In this document: positions 41,879 to 52,344 of the stretch, one piece after another
Numbering within the stretch: the stretch's first letter is position 1
How the letters are laid out: every line of letters begins with the position of its first letter
From: Chthonomonadales bacterium
GTDB taxonomy: Bacteria; Armatimonadota; Chthonomonadetes; Chthonomonadales; CAJBBX01
Direction of reading: 5' to 3'
NCBI GenBank assembly: GCA_049967475.1
Contig: JBMFSQ010000008.1
Span: 1-64,000, forward strand
Length of the DNA: 64,000 nucleotides
Notes under the pieces: model-generated
Database searches by the model: none
What the model saw: only the letters and a program-made list of their open reading frames with translations
Told to the model about the DNA's origin: nothing
Translations under genes and position numbers: made by a program

Positions 41879-42008
41879 GGGACCTCCTTTGCAGCGGAAG
41901 GATGTGGCGATGCGGCCAAAAAGAGAGGATACGGGTGCAAGCCGCCGGTGCGGGGATGCAGCCTGTATCCCTGCGGTGCCGAAGATACACGTTGGAAACT
42001 CCGGGCAT

Positions 42009-42037
42009 ATTCTAGCATTCCCAAGGGCGAGTGTCAA
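42009..42037 (-). promoter_or_regulatory. Sigma-70 promoter for tig-clpP-clpX
   Basis: Minus strand TTGACA-N17-TAGAAT with an extended -10 TG. Confidence 0.75.
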
Positions 42038-42078
42038 GGACGGCGGGTGGGTCAAACGGTCCCCGCGCCGCCTACGCA

Positions 42079-42597
42079 TTAGAACAGACGGGGTAACCGC
42101 CCTACCCCGCAAACGAGGATCGCTTCCAATCCGAAACCGCTGCGCCGGCCCATTTGCCCCTGGAACGCATTAAAGGCCATCTGAAACCACTCTCGCAGCC
42201 CCAATAGGGTCGCCATTCCGAACAGGAAGTGCAGAAACCCGGAGATGAGGCTCCACATGAGGCAGATGCGCCCTACCTCTTGCCGCCTCGGATCGTCACA
42301 CATAAGGAAGGCAAGCGCAATCGGAAGCCCGAAGTAGGGCATCAACAGTCCCAACCATAACGCCGCCCGGTTCGCCGTGGTGCGATTGGAATCCGTTGCG
42401 TGGGAGGACACGGCATACCCCATGGCTCCCGGAAAGTCTGCTGCAGGCGGAACGGTTCCCGCAGGTGGGCGAGGCGGGCTTGCTGCGCGGCGTGCCGAGA
42501 GGGGAGCCCCGCACTTCCAGCAGACGGTGACTGTGTCGAAGTTGTTCGCTCCACACCGCGGGCATACGATCCTGCCCCCGGATCCTGTTGTTGCCAA
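42079..42597 (-). CDS. Zinc-ribbon membrane protein
   Basis: CPRCGANNFDTVTVCWKCG, Pro-rich linker, two TM segments. GAGGAG upstream of TTG. Confidence 0.75.
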   Translation of the reverse strand: MATTGSGGRIVCPRCGANNFDTVTVCWKCGAPLSARRAASPPRPPAGTVPPAADFPGAMGYAVSSHATDSNRTTANRAALWLGLLMPYFGLPIALAFLMCDDPRRQEVGRICLMWSLISGFLHFLFGMATLLGLREWFQMAFNAFQGQMGRRSGFGLEAILVCGVGRLPRLF

Positions 42598-42663
42598 GAA
42601 CGTTGCTCTCCTCTGGAGGGTGGAAGGAACTCCCTCAGAATGCGGCCTCTTCCCAATATCCGG

Positions 42664-43149
42664 CTATGGACGGGCGTTGCGCAGGTCGTTGAGAAGCGCC
42701 ATCAGGGTGTCGAGTGCGGTCAACAGTTTGGATCCCAAAACCGAGGGTGAGCCCAGGGGCCGGCCATTGTGCCATGTAGCACGTGCGGCGGCCACGTCTA
42801 CCGGAAGCCGGATGCTGTGCGCGCGGATCCGGCTCCATAGCAGTATATTGAGTGAACTCCGGTCCTGCAGGCGGGGCGCACTTCTCAGCGGCGCCAATCT
42901 GTGACACGCCAAATCCAAGGCCGCAAAATAACGGGATATGCGACGCCGGTAGGAGGTTGCCGGTTCCCCGGGCAGCGGTTCGGCCTTGAGGCCCTTTAGG
43001 GCGATGCGGGCCTCTAGGCAATAGGCTGCAAATTCGTTGATGCGCCATTGAGTGATGGGCTTAGCGGGAGGCAAGGCGAGAGCCGGCGCATTCGCCGCGC
43101 AATCGGCGGCGATCAACAGAAAAACCAGTGCATAAAGTTTGTTAGGCAT
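42664..43149 (-). CDS. Hypothetical exported helical protein
   Basis: MPNKLYALVFLLIAA signal-like N-terminus; fills the gap between the zinc-ribbon gene and the citrate synthase promoter. Confidence 0.5.
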   Translation of the reverse strand: MPNKLYALVFLLIAADCAANAPALALPPAKPITQWRINEFAAYCLEARIALKGLKAEPLPGEPATSYRRRISRYFAALDLACHRLAPLRSAPRLQDRSSLNILLWSRIRAHSIRLPVDVAAARATWHNGRPLGSPSVLGSKLLTALDTLMALLNDLRNARP

Positions 43150-43166
43150 TTTCAATTGTTGAAAAT
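43148..43166. promoter_or_regulatory. AT-rich inverted repeat, candidate operator
   Basis: ATTTTCAA-TTG-TTGAAAAT with perfect 8-bp arms between divergent genes. Confidence 0.5.
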
Positions 43167-43194
43167 TGATGGTACGCGTCGAGGGGGATGCGTA

Positions 43195-43224
43195 TTGAAT
43201 TAGCCCGTCTCCAAAGGCTATAAT
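43195..43224 (+). promoter_or_regulatory. Sigma-70 promoter for citrate synthase
   Basis: TTGAAT-N18-TATAAT. Confidence 0.6.
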
Positions 43225-43286
43225 AAGCCATCGCGACGCCCCACGCGACGCCGCGCTGACCCAAACGAAACCATGGAGGTTGACAC

Positions 43287-44456
43287 GTGTCGGCACAAGA
43301 AGACATCGGCGCGCCCCGCGTTGCCAAAGGGCTCGAAGGGATTGTTGCGGCCGCAACGCACATTGCGGAGGTCAACGGAGAACTCGGCCGCCTCACTCTG
43401 CGGGGGTACGACATTCGCGAACTCTCCGGCAAGGTGTCCTTCGAGGAAGTAGCTTACCTATTATGGCATGGCAAGCTGCCCAATCGGGCAGAGTACCAGG
43501 CGTTGAAGGAAGAAATGAGTGCGGCGCGGGAACTTCATCCCGCCGCCCTAAATGCACTGAAGGAAGTAGCTCCGCATGCCGACGGGATGCATCTCTTGCG
43601 CATAGGCGCATCCATGCTTTCCCTCGGTGATGATGATATAGACAGCCTCTCTATAGAAGCCGCACGGCGGCGGGCCTCGCGACTTACAGCCCAGATGCCC
43701 GCCATCGTAGCACACATGTGGCGGCTGCGCAATGGATTGCCGATCGTCCCTCCCAAGCCGGAACATGGTCTTGCGGAGGGATTTTTATACATGCTGGAAG
43801 GAAAGGAACCGCACCCGGCTCGTGTGGATGGCCTCAATGCGTATCTTGTGGCAGTGAGCGAGCATGGCCTTAACGCTTCTACATTCACCGCTCGGGTCGT
43901 TATATCCACAGATGCCGATATGGTGTCCGCACAAACCGCTGCCATCGGCGCACTGAAGGGGCCCAAGCACGGCGGGGTGCCCGGGCCGGTGCTCAAGATG
44001 CTCAGCGCCATCGGGACTCCGGATCGCGCCGAAGCCTATATCCGCAGCGAGCTGGCTGAGGGTCGCCGGATCATGGGCTTCGGCCATCGCGTCTACAAAG
44101 TGCGTGATCCCAGGGCCGCCATCCTGAGCGAGGCTGCCGAACGGATGGTGGAGGTTACCGGCGATCGGAAGCTTCTGGATCTGACGCGGGCGGTCGAGCA
44201 AACGACTGTGGAGGTCCTCGCCGAAGTGAAGCCGGGCAGAGATCTCTATGCCAATGTCGAACTCTATGCGGCGCTGATCCTGCATGAAGTGGGCATCCCG
44301 TCTGAACTGTTCACTCCTACCTTTGCAGTGGGGCGGACGGCTGGGTGGACGGCCCACATGATCGAACAGATGGAGGATAACCGCTTGATCCGGCCCCAGT
44401 CCGTATATGTGGGGCCTCGGGGGCTCAAGTGGCAACCGATGGACGAACGCCCGTAG
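43287..44456 (+). CDS. Citrate synthase (CitA-like subfamily)
   Basis: GLEGIVAA, EHGLNASTF, GPKHGG, MGFGHRVYKVRDPRA, ANVELY, LIRP. GGAGG upstream of GTG. Confidence 0.95.
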   Translation: MSAQEDIGAPRVAKGLEGIVAAATHIAEVNGELGRLTLRGYDIRELSGKVSFEEVAYLLWHGKLPNRAEYQALKEEMSAARELHPAALNALKEVAPHADGMHLLRIGASMLSLGDDDIDSLSIEAARRRASRLTAQMPAIVAHMWRLRNGLPIVPPKPEHGLAEGFLYMLEGKEPHPARVDGLNAYLVAVSEHGLNASTFTARVVISTDADMVSAQTAAIGALKGPKHGGVPGPVLKMLSAIGTPDRAEAYIRSELAEGRRIMGFGHRVYKVRDPRAAILSEAAERMVEVTGDRKLLDLTRAVEQTTVEVLAEVKPGRDLYANVELYAALILHEVGIPSELFTPTFAVGRTAGWTAHMIEQMEDNRLIRPQSVYVGPRGLKWQPMDERP

Positions 44457-44652
44457 CGGTACCGTCAAGGCATAGGCGCTTCGGATGGGCGGTGAGGCAA
44501 TCCCTCGCCGCCTTTTCCTTTTGCCGCAAGCGAGGCACGGCGCACCGTGGATTGGGGGGGGTTGGCCGTCAGACGGACCGTGGATTGGTTTGGCATGGGC
44601 CCAATCCAATCCGCGGGGTTCCACGGGGCGCCTAGGTGCGGAAATCATGGAG

Positions 44653-45789
44653 CTAGGTGTCCACGACGAGGTTGTCTCGATGGATTACTTCGTCGTGCGT
44701 TTTCTGGCCGATGGCTGCCCGAACCTGATCGGTCCGAAGGCCGCGGATGAGCTGCAAATCGCTGGAGGAGTAATTCACGATGCCGCGTGCCACCCGGCGG
44801 CGAAGCTCATCTACGATCTCTACCAAATCGCCTTCTCTGAAACTACCTTGGACCTCCAAGATGCCCACGGGGAGAAGGCTCGCGTTTTCGGAGCGGATCC
44901 GGTGGGCGGCGCCTTCGTTGACGGTGATGCTTCCCTTGGGGCGGGAACCGGCCACGATCCAGCGCTTGCGGCCGCGCAGCCGTTCGTTAGAGGGCAGGAA
45001 TGTCGTCCCGATCGGTTCACCAGCCAAGACACGGCTGATCACGCGATCCAGCCTGCCGCGAGCGATCACCGTGCGGATGCCTGCTGTTGTAGCGATTTTG
45101 GCTGCTTCTACCTTCGTGCGCATCCCTCCCGTTCCTGCGTCGCTTTCGGCGTCGCCTGCAATCGCCCATAGTTCGGGTGTGATGCGTGAAACGGTAGCAA
45201 GGACCCTGGAACGGCTGTCGTCCGTGTAGAGGCCATCCACATCGGAGAGGATCAATAGGAGGTCCGCCTCCGTGAGCACTGCTACCCGTGCGGCCAGCAC
45301 GTCGTTATCGCCGAAGCGGATTTCATCCACGGCCACAGTGTCGTTCTCGTTGACGATGGGGGTCACACCCAAATCGAAGAGGGCTCGGAATGTGTTGCGC
45401 GCATTCAGGAAGCGGCGCCGGTCGGCCAGATCATCGCGTGTGAGCAGAACTTGGGCCACCGTGATGCCGCGCCATGCGAAGGCTTCGGTGTAGGTATGCA
45501 TCAGAAGCCCCTGGCCTACGGCAGCCGCGGCCTGTTTGTACGCAAGGGCCAAATCGTTCGAGCTGCCGGCCGTGCCTGCATTGTCGGAATGCCCCGAGGA
45601 TGCGAGGCGCTCGCGGCCCGCCCGAATGGCTCCGGAGGTCACCAGAAGCACGTCGCGCCCCTGGCTTCGCTGCGCGGCTAATTGGGCGGCAAGATCCGCG
45701 ATGTACGCTCGGTCCAGGCGGCCGGCCGCATCCGTGAGGGTACTCGTTCCGACCTTCACCACCAGCCGGCGCACGGTTTGAGGGAGCAT
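44653..45789 (-). CDS. proB: Glutamate 5-kinase with PUA domain
   Basis: VVKVGTS, VTSGAI, QAAAAVGQ, PIVNENDTV, FGDND, GTGGMRTK, C-terminal PUA domain (IHRDNL). Confidence 0.97.
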   Translation of the reverse strand: MLPQTVRRLVVKVGTSTLTDAAGRLDRAYIADLAAQLAAQRSQGRDVLLVTSGAIRAGRERLASSGHSDNAGTAGSSNDLALAYKQAAAAVGQGLLMHTYTEAFAWRGITVAQVLLTRDDLADRRRFLNARNTFRALFDLGVTPIVNENDTVAVDEIRFGDNDVLAARVAVLTEADLLLILSDVDGLYTDDSRSRVLATVSRITPELWAIAGDAESDAGTGGMRTKVEAAKIATTAGIRTVIARGRLDRVISRVLAGEPIGTTFLPSNERLRGRKRWIVAGSRPKGSITVNEGAAHRIRSENASLLPVGILEVQGSFREGDLVEIVDELRRRVARGIVNYSSSDLQLIRGLRTDQVRAAIGQKTHDEVIHRDNLVVDT

Positions 45790-45819
45790 GGGTCTTCTAG
45801 GCTCTGTTTCGGGGACGTT

Positions 45820-47139
45820 CTATCGCTGCCTCCGGAAGCCTTCGGCCAGCGCGTCTTCGTCTACATACTCAAATTCCGCATCGGCAATGCGCACCGTGTC
45901 GCCGTGGCAGGCGCCAAGTTCCTTCAGTCGGCGGTTGACGCCGATACGGTCCAGGATATGCTGCAGCCTGCGGACGGCATATTCGTTGTTGAGATCCGTC
46001 CTTGTCACCAAGCGCTCAAGCCCAGCTCCGTTGATAATCCATTGGTTCGGTCCGGCGCTTGCAGCTTCCCAGCGGTGCAGGTCTCGGGATTTCGGGGCGA
46101 CGATGCGAACCACTTCGTTCGTGCCGGATAGCGCGGGAACCTCGGTCTTCTGGAGCCGCTCCCACATCGCATAGACGAGAGTTTGAAGCCCTTCCCGAGT
46201 GGCGGCAGAGATCCTAAATACAGGATACCCCTCATTGCGCAAGGTTGCTTCCACGTGGCTCACAAGATCTGCGTCTGCCGCGATATCCATCTTGTTGAGG
46301 GCTACGATCTGAGGAATATCCGCCAAGCGGCCTCCATACATCGTCAGTTCGCGATTGATCGTACGAAAGTCTTTGAGGGGGTCGCGCCCAGTAAGGCCGG
46401 ATGCATCGAGGACATGGACGAGGAGCCTCGTTCGTTCGGCGTGGCGCAGGAACCCCAGTCCAAGACCGGCTCCCTGATGAGCGCCCTCGATGAGCCCGGG
46501 AAGGTCTGCTACCACAAAGGACTGATGCGGTTGAACGGACACGACGCCGAGGTTGGGCACGAGTGTCGTGAACGGATAGTCCGCGATCTTGGGGCGTGCG
46601 GCGCTGATGGCGGCGATGAGCGTGGACTTACCTACGTTCGGCAATCCGAGAAGTCCTACATCGGCCAAGAGCTTGAGCTCGAGCCGAAGGGTACGCGCCT
46701 CGCCCGGTTCGCCTTTTTCTGCGAAGCGAGGTGCCTGACGCACTGCATTGGCGAAGTGGATATTGCCGCGGCCGCCGGCTCCGCCCTTGGCTACGAGCAG
46801 CCGCTCACCCGGATGGGAAAGATCGCCCAGCAGTTCACCGGTGGCAGCGTCGTAGACCACCGTCCCCGCAGGGACCTTCAGGACTAAGTCCTGGGCGTCC
46901 TTGCCGTACCGATCCTTGCTGAGGCCCATGCCGCCGTCTTCTGCGCGATAGCGGCGTTGGTAATGGTAGTCCATGAGGGTGGTGAGCGATGGATCCGCTT
47001 TTAGGATGATGCTGCCGCCCCGGCCGCCGTCACCGCCGCTGGGGCCTCCCCTCGGCACATACTTCTCCCTGCGGAAGGTGGCGGCGCCATCGCCCCCTCT
47101 GCCGGCCCGCACTTCGATCTCTGCCTGATCTATGAACAT
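45820..47139 (-). CDS. obgE: GTPase ObgE/CgtA
   Basis: [43 protein letters not shown]-terminal OCT domain. Confidence 0.98.
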   Translation of the reverse strand: MFIDQAEIEVRAGRGGDGAATFRREKYVPRGGPSGGDGGRGGSIILKADPSLTTLMDYHYQRRYRAEDGGMGLSKDRYGKDAQDLVLKVPAGTVVYDAATGELLGDLSHPGERLLVAKGGAGGRGNIHFANAVRQAPRFAEKGEPGEARTLRLELKLLADVGLLGLPNVGKSTLIAAISAARPKIADYPFTTLVPNLGVVSVQPHQSFVVADLPGLIEGAHQGAGLGLGFLRHAERTRLLVHVLDASGLTGRDPLKDFRTINRELTMYGGRLADIPQIVALNKMDIAADADLVSHVEATLRNEGYPVFRISAATREGLQTLVYAMWERLQKTEVPALSGTNEVVRIVAPKSRDLHRWEAASAGPNQWIINGAGLERLVTRTDLNNEYAVRRLQHILDRIGVNRRLKELGACHGDTVRIADAEFEYVDEDALAEGFRRQR

Positions 47140-47292
47140 TCTGGACCCTGTGGGCTCCTCGCCGGCACACATGTTGTGCCACAGGCTGCGCCGGCGCTGA
47201 GGTCTACTACTCTTTGGGCCGACGTGCTACAATAAGCACGATGGAAAGCCGGCCGCGCTTTTCAATACGCAGAAGGGAATGCTCCTGTTACG

Positions 47293-48060
47293 ATGGTATC
47301 GTCGTCACCTGTGTTGCAGCAGTTGATCGCCCTTTCGCAGTTTCTCGGCGATCCCAGCCGGGACTTAGCGATCCTCGGAGAAGGAAACACATCCGCCCGC
47401 ATGGATGAGGATACCTTCCTTGTTAAGGCAAGTGGCACCGAACTGAGAACGGCCGGGGAGGGAACATTCGTGGCAGTGTCCCTCACGCGAGCTCTCAGCG
47501 TGCTCGATGGGGGCGATCTCACCGACGAACAGGTACGGGCGGCCCTCACGTCGTGCAAGTGCGACCCCACGGATGTGCGGATGCCGTCTGTAGAAACGTT
47601 TCTGCATGCCTATCTCTTGTCGCTGCCGGGTATCCGTTTCGTGGGCCATACGCATCCCACTGCCGTCAATGCGATCCTATGCTCGTCCCGGGCGAAGGAG
47701 GCGGTAAGCGGCCGCCTCTTCCCCGATGAAATCGTCTGTTGTGGGCCTTCGGTTTGTTTCGTGGAATACGTTGATCCTGGCATTCCGCTTGCACGGAAGT
47801 TGCGGGCCGAAGTTGAGCGTTTCATTGACGCCGAAAACATGCCTCCAAAGGTGATCCTCATGCAGAACCATGGGCTCATCGCCACAGGTGCTACGGCCAG
47901 GGATGTGGAGGTGGCGACCGCGATGTACGTTAAGGCAGCACGCGTGTTGCTGGGGACCTACGCGTTGGGCGGGCCTCATTTTCTCTCTGCCGAGAACGTA
48001 GCCCGCATCCATACCCGGCCGGACGAGCACTACCGGCAAAAACAGTTGGGTACCCGTTAG
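47293..48060 (+). CDS. Class II aldolase/adducin family protein (rhamnulose-1-phosphate aldolase-like)
   Basis: GEGNTS, VKASG, PSVETFLH, GHTHP, YVDPG, MQNHG (Zn-binding His residues). Confidence 0.9.
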   Translation: MVSSSPVLQQLIALSQFLGDPSRDLAILGEGNTSARMDEDTFLVKASGTELRTAGEGTFVAVSLTRALSVLDGGDLTDEQVRAALTSCKCDPTDVRMPSVETFLHAYLLSLPGIRFVGHTHPTAVNAILCSSRAKEAVSGRLFPDEIVCCGPSVCFVEYVDPGIPLARKLRAEVERFIDAENMPPKVILMQNHGLIATGATARDVEVATAMYVKAARVLLGTYALGGPHFLSAENVARIHTRPDEHYRQKQLGTR

Positions 48061-48139
48061 GAGTGCTCCGGCGCGCTTGGAAGGTATTGGATGAAATTCT
48101 ACCGGGAGGGGCGACGGCCGCCAACGGATCTCTTGCGGC

Positions 48140-48169
48140 TTGACGGATTGTCTGGAGCACGGTTATACT
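48140..48169 (+). promoter_or_regulatory. Sigma-70 promoter for tRNA-Pro and mnmG
   Basis: TTGACG-N18-TATACT, 13 nt before the tRNA. Confidence 0.7.
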
Positions 48170-48182
48170 GATACCACGTGTT

Positions 48183-48256
48183 CGGGGTGTGGCTCAGCTT
48201 GGTAGAGCGCACGGTTCGGGTCCGTGAGGTCGGGAGTTCAAATCTCCCCACCCCGA
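48183..48256 (+). tRNA. tRNA-Pro (anticodon CGG), CCA not encoded
   Basis: Acceptor stem CGGGGTG/CACCCCG, D arm GCTCAGCTTGGTAGAGC, anticodon arm CACGG-TTCGGGT-CCGTG, T arm GGGAG-TTCAAAT-CTCCC, discriminator A followed by TCG. Confidence 0.97.
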
Positions 48257-48383
48257 TCGCCTCGTGCGGTGCATCACGCCGCCCGTGCCGTGGGCAGCGC
48301 CGCCCCGGTTTTGCCCTCGTTTCTTCTGACACCGTCGGGACCATTCCGTTGCGGACCTCCTCGTTAACCGCGTGCGTGCGATC

Positions 48384-50315
48384 ATGAACAATCATCCTGA
48401 CTTCGATGTAATCGTGATCGGCGGAGGCCATGCCGGCTGTGAAGCGGCTCTGGCGTCCGCGCGCCTCGGCTGCCGCACCGCCCTCATCACTCTTAAGCTG
48501 GACCGCATCGCCCACATGCCGTGCAACTGTTCCATCGGGGGGCCGGCGAAGGGGCACTTGGTCCGTGAGATTGATGCCCTTGGCGGCCAGATGGCCCTCG
48601 CTACAGATGAGGCGCTGACCCATCTTCGCACCGTGGGTACCGGGAAAGGTCCGGCGGTCCGCACGCTCCGCGCCCACGCCGACAAGTCGCTCTACCCCAA
48701 GGTTATGCGGCGCGTGCTGGAACAGCAGCCCAATCTGTGGTTGTTGGAGGACCGGGTGGAGGATCTCCTCTGGGATGTTTGCGACACGCTTCTGGACGGG
48801 CCCACCATCAGGGTTGTGAGAACGCTTCGAAGAATGACGGGTGTCGTAACCGCCGGCGGCGGGTTTCTTCGCGCACAATGTGTAGTCGTAACCACCGGCA
48901 CGTTTTTGAACGGCCTGATGCATTGCGGCGATCGAAAGACTGTGGGCGGGCGATACGGAGAAGGCGCCGCCACCGGGCTCTCGGCGGCTCTTTCCCGGAT
49001 GGGGCTCCGGTTGGGCCGCTTCAAGACGGGCACAACGCCGCGCATAGCCAAGGAGAGCATCGCCTTCGACAAGGTAGAGGTTATTCCTTCCGATGAATGC
49101 GGTCCGTTCTCGTACTGCACGGACAACCTGGCACCGGCTCATCCTCTGCTGCCGTGCTGGGCGACGCGCACGACCGAGGAAACGCATGCGGTGATCCGCG
49201 CCAACCTGCACCGGTCCGCTCTCTATGGCGGGCACATCCAGGGAGTGGGCCCACGGTACTGCCCGAGCATCGAGGACAAGGTGGTCCGCTTTGCGCACAA
49301 GGCATCCCATCCCGTGTTTCTGGAGCAGGAAGGGTGGGACACGAACTCCATCTACGTGCAGGGGATGTCCACGAGCCTTCCGGAGGATGTACAGCTCTTC
49401 TACCTCCGCACGATACCCGGCCTCGAGCGTGCCGTGATGCTGCGGCCAGGTTACGCAGTGGAATACGACATGGTCTTTCCGGACCAACTGGAGCCTACGC
49501 TGGAAGTGAAGACGGTTCGCGGCCTCTTCCTAGCCGGCCAGATCAACGGCACTTCCGGGTATGAAGAGGCAGCGGCTCAGGGGTTGATCGCCGGCATCAA
49601 TGCGGCCCTGAGTGTTCAGGGGCGAGAGGCGGTTGTGCTGTCTCGACACAAGAGCTATATCGGCGTCCTCATAGATGACCTCGTGACGAAGGGGGTCGAG
49701 GATCCCTATCGGATGCTGACGTCGCGCGCGGAGTACCGCTTGCTTCTTCGTCATGGCAATGCGGATCTGCGGCTTACCCCTTTGGGCAGGGAGATCGGCC
49801 TTGTGCAGGACGCGCGATGGCATCGGTTCCTGCGGCGCAAGGCGGCCATTGATGGTGAGCTGGAGCGCCTATCCAACCTCTTCGTAACACCCAGGCACAA
49901 CGAGAGGCTGATCGAGCTTGGGACTGCGCCCGTCGGCACCAAAGTGAGCCTGCGGGAGATCCTGAAGCGGCCCGATATTGACTATGCGTGGGTGGCGCGT
50001 AACTTTCCGCCCGATAAACCTCTGTCTGCTGAGGATGGGCAGGAGGTAGAGATACACGCGAAGTTTGAAGGATATATTGCCAGGCAGGAGATGCAGGTCG
50101 CGGAGGCCTCCCGGCTCGAGGAAATCCCCATACCCGTGGACCTGGATTGGCAAGGGATTAAGGCGCTTTCCATGGAGGGAAGGGAGAAGCTTTCACGCAT
50201 CAAGCCAACATCCATTGGACAGGCGTCACGCATCCCTGGAGTAACCCCGGCGGACGTACAGGTGCTTGCTGTGATCGTAGAGCAGCGGCGGCGCATGGCT
50301 GCCCAGCCCGTCTGA
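48384..50315 (+). CDS. mnmG: tRNA uridine-5-carboxymethylaminomethyl modification enzyme MnmG (GidA)
   Basis: [69 protein letters not shown]. Confidence 0.98.
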   Translation: MNNHPDFDVIVIGGGHAGCEAALASARLGCRTALITLKLDRIAHMPCNCSIGGPAKGHLVREIDALGGQMALATDEALTHLRTVGTGKGPAVRTLRAHADKSLYPKVMRRVLEQQPNLWLLEDRVEDLLWDVCDTLLDGPTIRVVRTLRRMTGVVTAGGGFLRAQCVVVTTGTFLNGLMHCGDRKTVGGRYGEGAATGLSAALSRMGLRLGRFKTGTTPRIAKESIAFDKVEVIPSDECGPFSYCTDNLAPAHPLLPCWATRTTEETHAVIRANLHRSALYGGHIQGVGPRYCPSIEDKVVRFAHKASHPVFLEQEGWDTNSIYVQGMSTSLPEDVQLFYLRTIPGLERAVMLRPGYAVEYDMVFPDQLEPTLEVKTVRGLFLAGQINGTSGYEEAAAQGLIAGINAALSVQGREAVVLSRHKSYIGVLIDDLVTKGVEDPYRMLTSRAEYRLLLRHGNADLRLTPLGREIGLVQDARWHRFLRRKAAIDGELERLSNLFVTPRHNERLIELGTAPVGTKVSLREILKRPDIDYAWVARNFPPDKPLSAEDGQEVEIHAKFEGYIARQEMQVAEASRLEEIPIPVDLDWQGIKALSMEGREKLSRIKPTSIGQASRIPGVTPADVQVLAVIVEQRRRMAAQPV

Positions 50316-50546
50316 GAAGCTTGCGGCCTCCTGCCGGGAAGTCCCCCGTATTGCAAGCGGGACGGCGGCCTGTGCGCCCGCATTGCAGTCGTTCCGGGCC
50401 TCTTCGCAGGCTGGGCGTTGCGCGTCGGCAAAGTGCTGCAGGCGGTTGCGATGCGTCTTTTGGATGCTGGTAGAATGCTTTTGGATCGCTGCAACTCGTT
50501 GTAGCAGGCGGGAGTGCGGCGCCGCAAGCGCTGGGAGTGGGATCCG

Positions 50547-51176
50547 ATGTCCAATCGAGCGAAGGCGATAATTCGGGTGGCGGGTGCACTAACAGCGTTT
50601 GGCTCCATATGGGTGGTGCTGGAGCTGACACGCGGTTCTGCGGCGCATTATGTCCTGCGTCGTGGCGGGCCGGATTGGGAAATCGTGGTGACGCCCGGCC
50701 GGCCCATGATGATGTTGTATGGTTTTCTGGTCCTCATTACGTTGATCCCGCCTGCCTGTTGTGCAGTGTTGCTGCGCTCGGCATCGGGCGCTGCCGCAAG
50801 GACGGTTTATCTGTTGCTTCTTATATCGGGCATAGCCCTTGCATCCTGCGCTGCCGGCTACGGGTATGAAGCGCTTCGATCTGAGATACGCTTGAACGGG
50901 CGCGGCGTGGCATATCGCCGTGGAGAAGATGCGGCTTCCATGCCGTGGGATGAAGTAGGGGGCATGGTTCTGCACTGGAAGCGACGCGGGCAGGTGCTCG
51001 TGTTGCAGGGGGATCGCCTTGCAATCCACATTGATCTGGCTGCTTTTTCATCCCCGGATCAGGTGCTTGTAATCCGAAGTGTTCAGGAAATGGCCCACCT
51101 AGTTCCCGTCCGCCGGACATCTGGGGATGCATGGGTTTGGCGCAAAGCACTGCCGGCGACTGTGCCGACCCAATGA
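50547..51176 (+). CDS. Hypothetical membrane protein (about 3 TM plus a C-terminal PH-like segment)
   Basis: Hydrophobic segments followed by IRLNGRGVAY...MPWDEV, a pattern seen in bacterial PH domains. Confidence 0.6.
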   Translation: MSNRAKAIIRVAGALTAFGSIWVVLELTRGSAAHYVLRRGGPDWEIVVTPGRPMMMLYGFLVLITLIPPACCAVLLRSASGAAARTVYLLLLISGIALASCAAGYGYEALRSEIRLNGRGVAYRRGEDAASMPWDEVGGMVLHWKRRGQVLVLQGDRLAIHIDLAAFSSPDQVLVIRSVQEMAHLVPVRRTSGDAWVWRKALPATVPTQ

Positions 51177-51219
51177 AATGTGCGGGGGTGACCTTGGGCT
51201 GCGGCGCATTCTGAACGGC

Positions 51220-51254
51220 AAGAGAAGGGGCCCCGGGATTAAACCAGGGGCCCC
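51220..51254 (-). terminator. Intrinsic terminator, possibly bidirectional
   Basis: Minus strand GGGGCCCCTGG-TTTAAT-CCCGGGGCCCC followed by TTCTCTT, between convergent genes. Confidence 0.6.
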
Positions 51255-51390
51255 AATTGGGGTACGTCGCTATCTGCGGCGTAGATGGACTAAGACGCCT
51301 GTTTTTCCGGTGCTTCGTTGCTGGACTGCGGCATTCTCCAACCGTCCTTTCCTAAGTTTCGGGCAGCAGAGAACGCACCGCAGTCACGCA

Positions 51391-51951
51391 TTAGAAGCGG
51401 TATCCGATGGAAGTTCGGAAGCCTTCCGGAACAAAGAGGGCGTCGTGCCCATCAATCCACTCGTAGCGGTTCTCCCAGTACAGGTTCTTGCCGAAGTTCA
51501 GCCCCAAGATGAGGCCTGCTCCGAAGCGGGTCACCATAGGCTGCTTGGGTGCGGTTCCCGAGGTGCCGAAGGTGGCGACCACGGCGCTGAAGCCGGCGTA
51601 CGGTGCAATCCCGTTGCGCTCCTCGAAGGTGTACACCTGGTTGATGGCGGCAGGGAAGTACCGGTAGATGCCGGGGATCCTCTCGGAGTAGTAGAAGTCG
51701 GCCGAGATGCTCGTGGACCAGGCTTCCCCATTGAGGAGGCGCGGGAACCACGGGATCTTGTAGTCGATGCCGCCACCCCATGCGGCGACGTCGGTGACGT
51801 CGCGCAGGTCGCTATGCACCGGGAAGAACCCTCCTACACGGAGGCTTAGACCACCCAAAAGATCGGCCTTGGCCACCGTTGGGAGCGCGAGCGCCACGCC
51901 TGCTACCAACGCCAGCGCGGCACGCTTCAAGAGGCTTGCCTTAACGCTCAT
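51391..51951 (-). CDS. Small outer membrane beta-barrel protein
   Basis: Signal peptide ending AKA-D, amphipathic beta strands (PYAGF, FGAGLILGLNF), C-terminal beta signal SIGYRF. AAGGAG upstream. Confidence 0.8.
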   Translation of the reverse strand: MSVKASLLKRAALALVAGVALALPTVAKADLLGGLSLRVGGFFPVHSDLRDVTDVAAWGGGIDYKIPWFPRLLNGEAWSTSISADFYYSERIPGIYRYFPAAINQVYTFEERNGIAPYAGFSAVVATFGTSGTAPKQPMVTRFGAGLILGLNFGKNLYWENRYEWIDGHDALFVPEGFRTSIGYRF

Positions 51952-52134
51952 CCTAGTTGCTCCTTTCATACGCTCTCGTAGTACGCAGTCCTAGCTTCTC
52001 AGACGCGTCCTTCCGACGACAAGAGCTTGGGCTTCATGCGCCTGGTGCAGTGCCGAACAGGGACGGCGATGCACCGGTGCGTTGACGCCCTTCTGCAACC
52101 GGCTAGAGGAGCGAACCGGCTGTCAATTATACCA

Positions 52135-52160
52135 TTTCGAGCTCGCCGCGGTAAATTCCT
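52135..52160 (-). promoter_or_regulatory. Putative sigma-H-like promoter overlapping a sigma-70-like promoter for the OMP gene
   Basis: Minus strand AGGA atttaccgcggcgagctc GAAA, immediately followed by TGGTATAAT. Confidence 0.5.
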
Positions 52161-52293
52161 TCTTGACGCCGCACGATACCGCAGGGATTTGCGGCTCCGG
52201 CGCGGAAGTCTCACGGCGAGCTTCACCCCAACCATCTTTTACAACGCAGCCGGGCACAATTAAGTTCCCTCTGCCTTCAGCCAAAACATCCAC

Positions 52294-52323
52294 TTGACGC
52301 ACTAGGCCAAAGCATGGTATAAA
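52294..52323 (+). promoter_or_regulatory. Sigma-70 promoter for the SAM riboswitch-metK transcript
   Basis: TTGACG-N18-TATAAA with an extended -10 TG. Confidence 0.65.
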
Positions 52324-52344
52324 GACAATCAATTGAATAAGGGC

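Noticed and set aside
48183..48400. tRNA-Pro as an integration site
   Set aside because: No integrase, no duplicated tRNA 3' end seen in the window, and mnmG follows directly.
48099..49487. 462-aa minus-strand ORF
   Set aside because: It is antisense to mnmG and runs through the tRNA gene.
51970..52125. Long 5' leader of the OMP gene as a possible riboswitch
   Set aside because: I could not match it to any known aptamer motif or find a terminator; an Infernal search would be needed.
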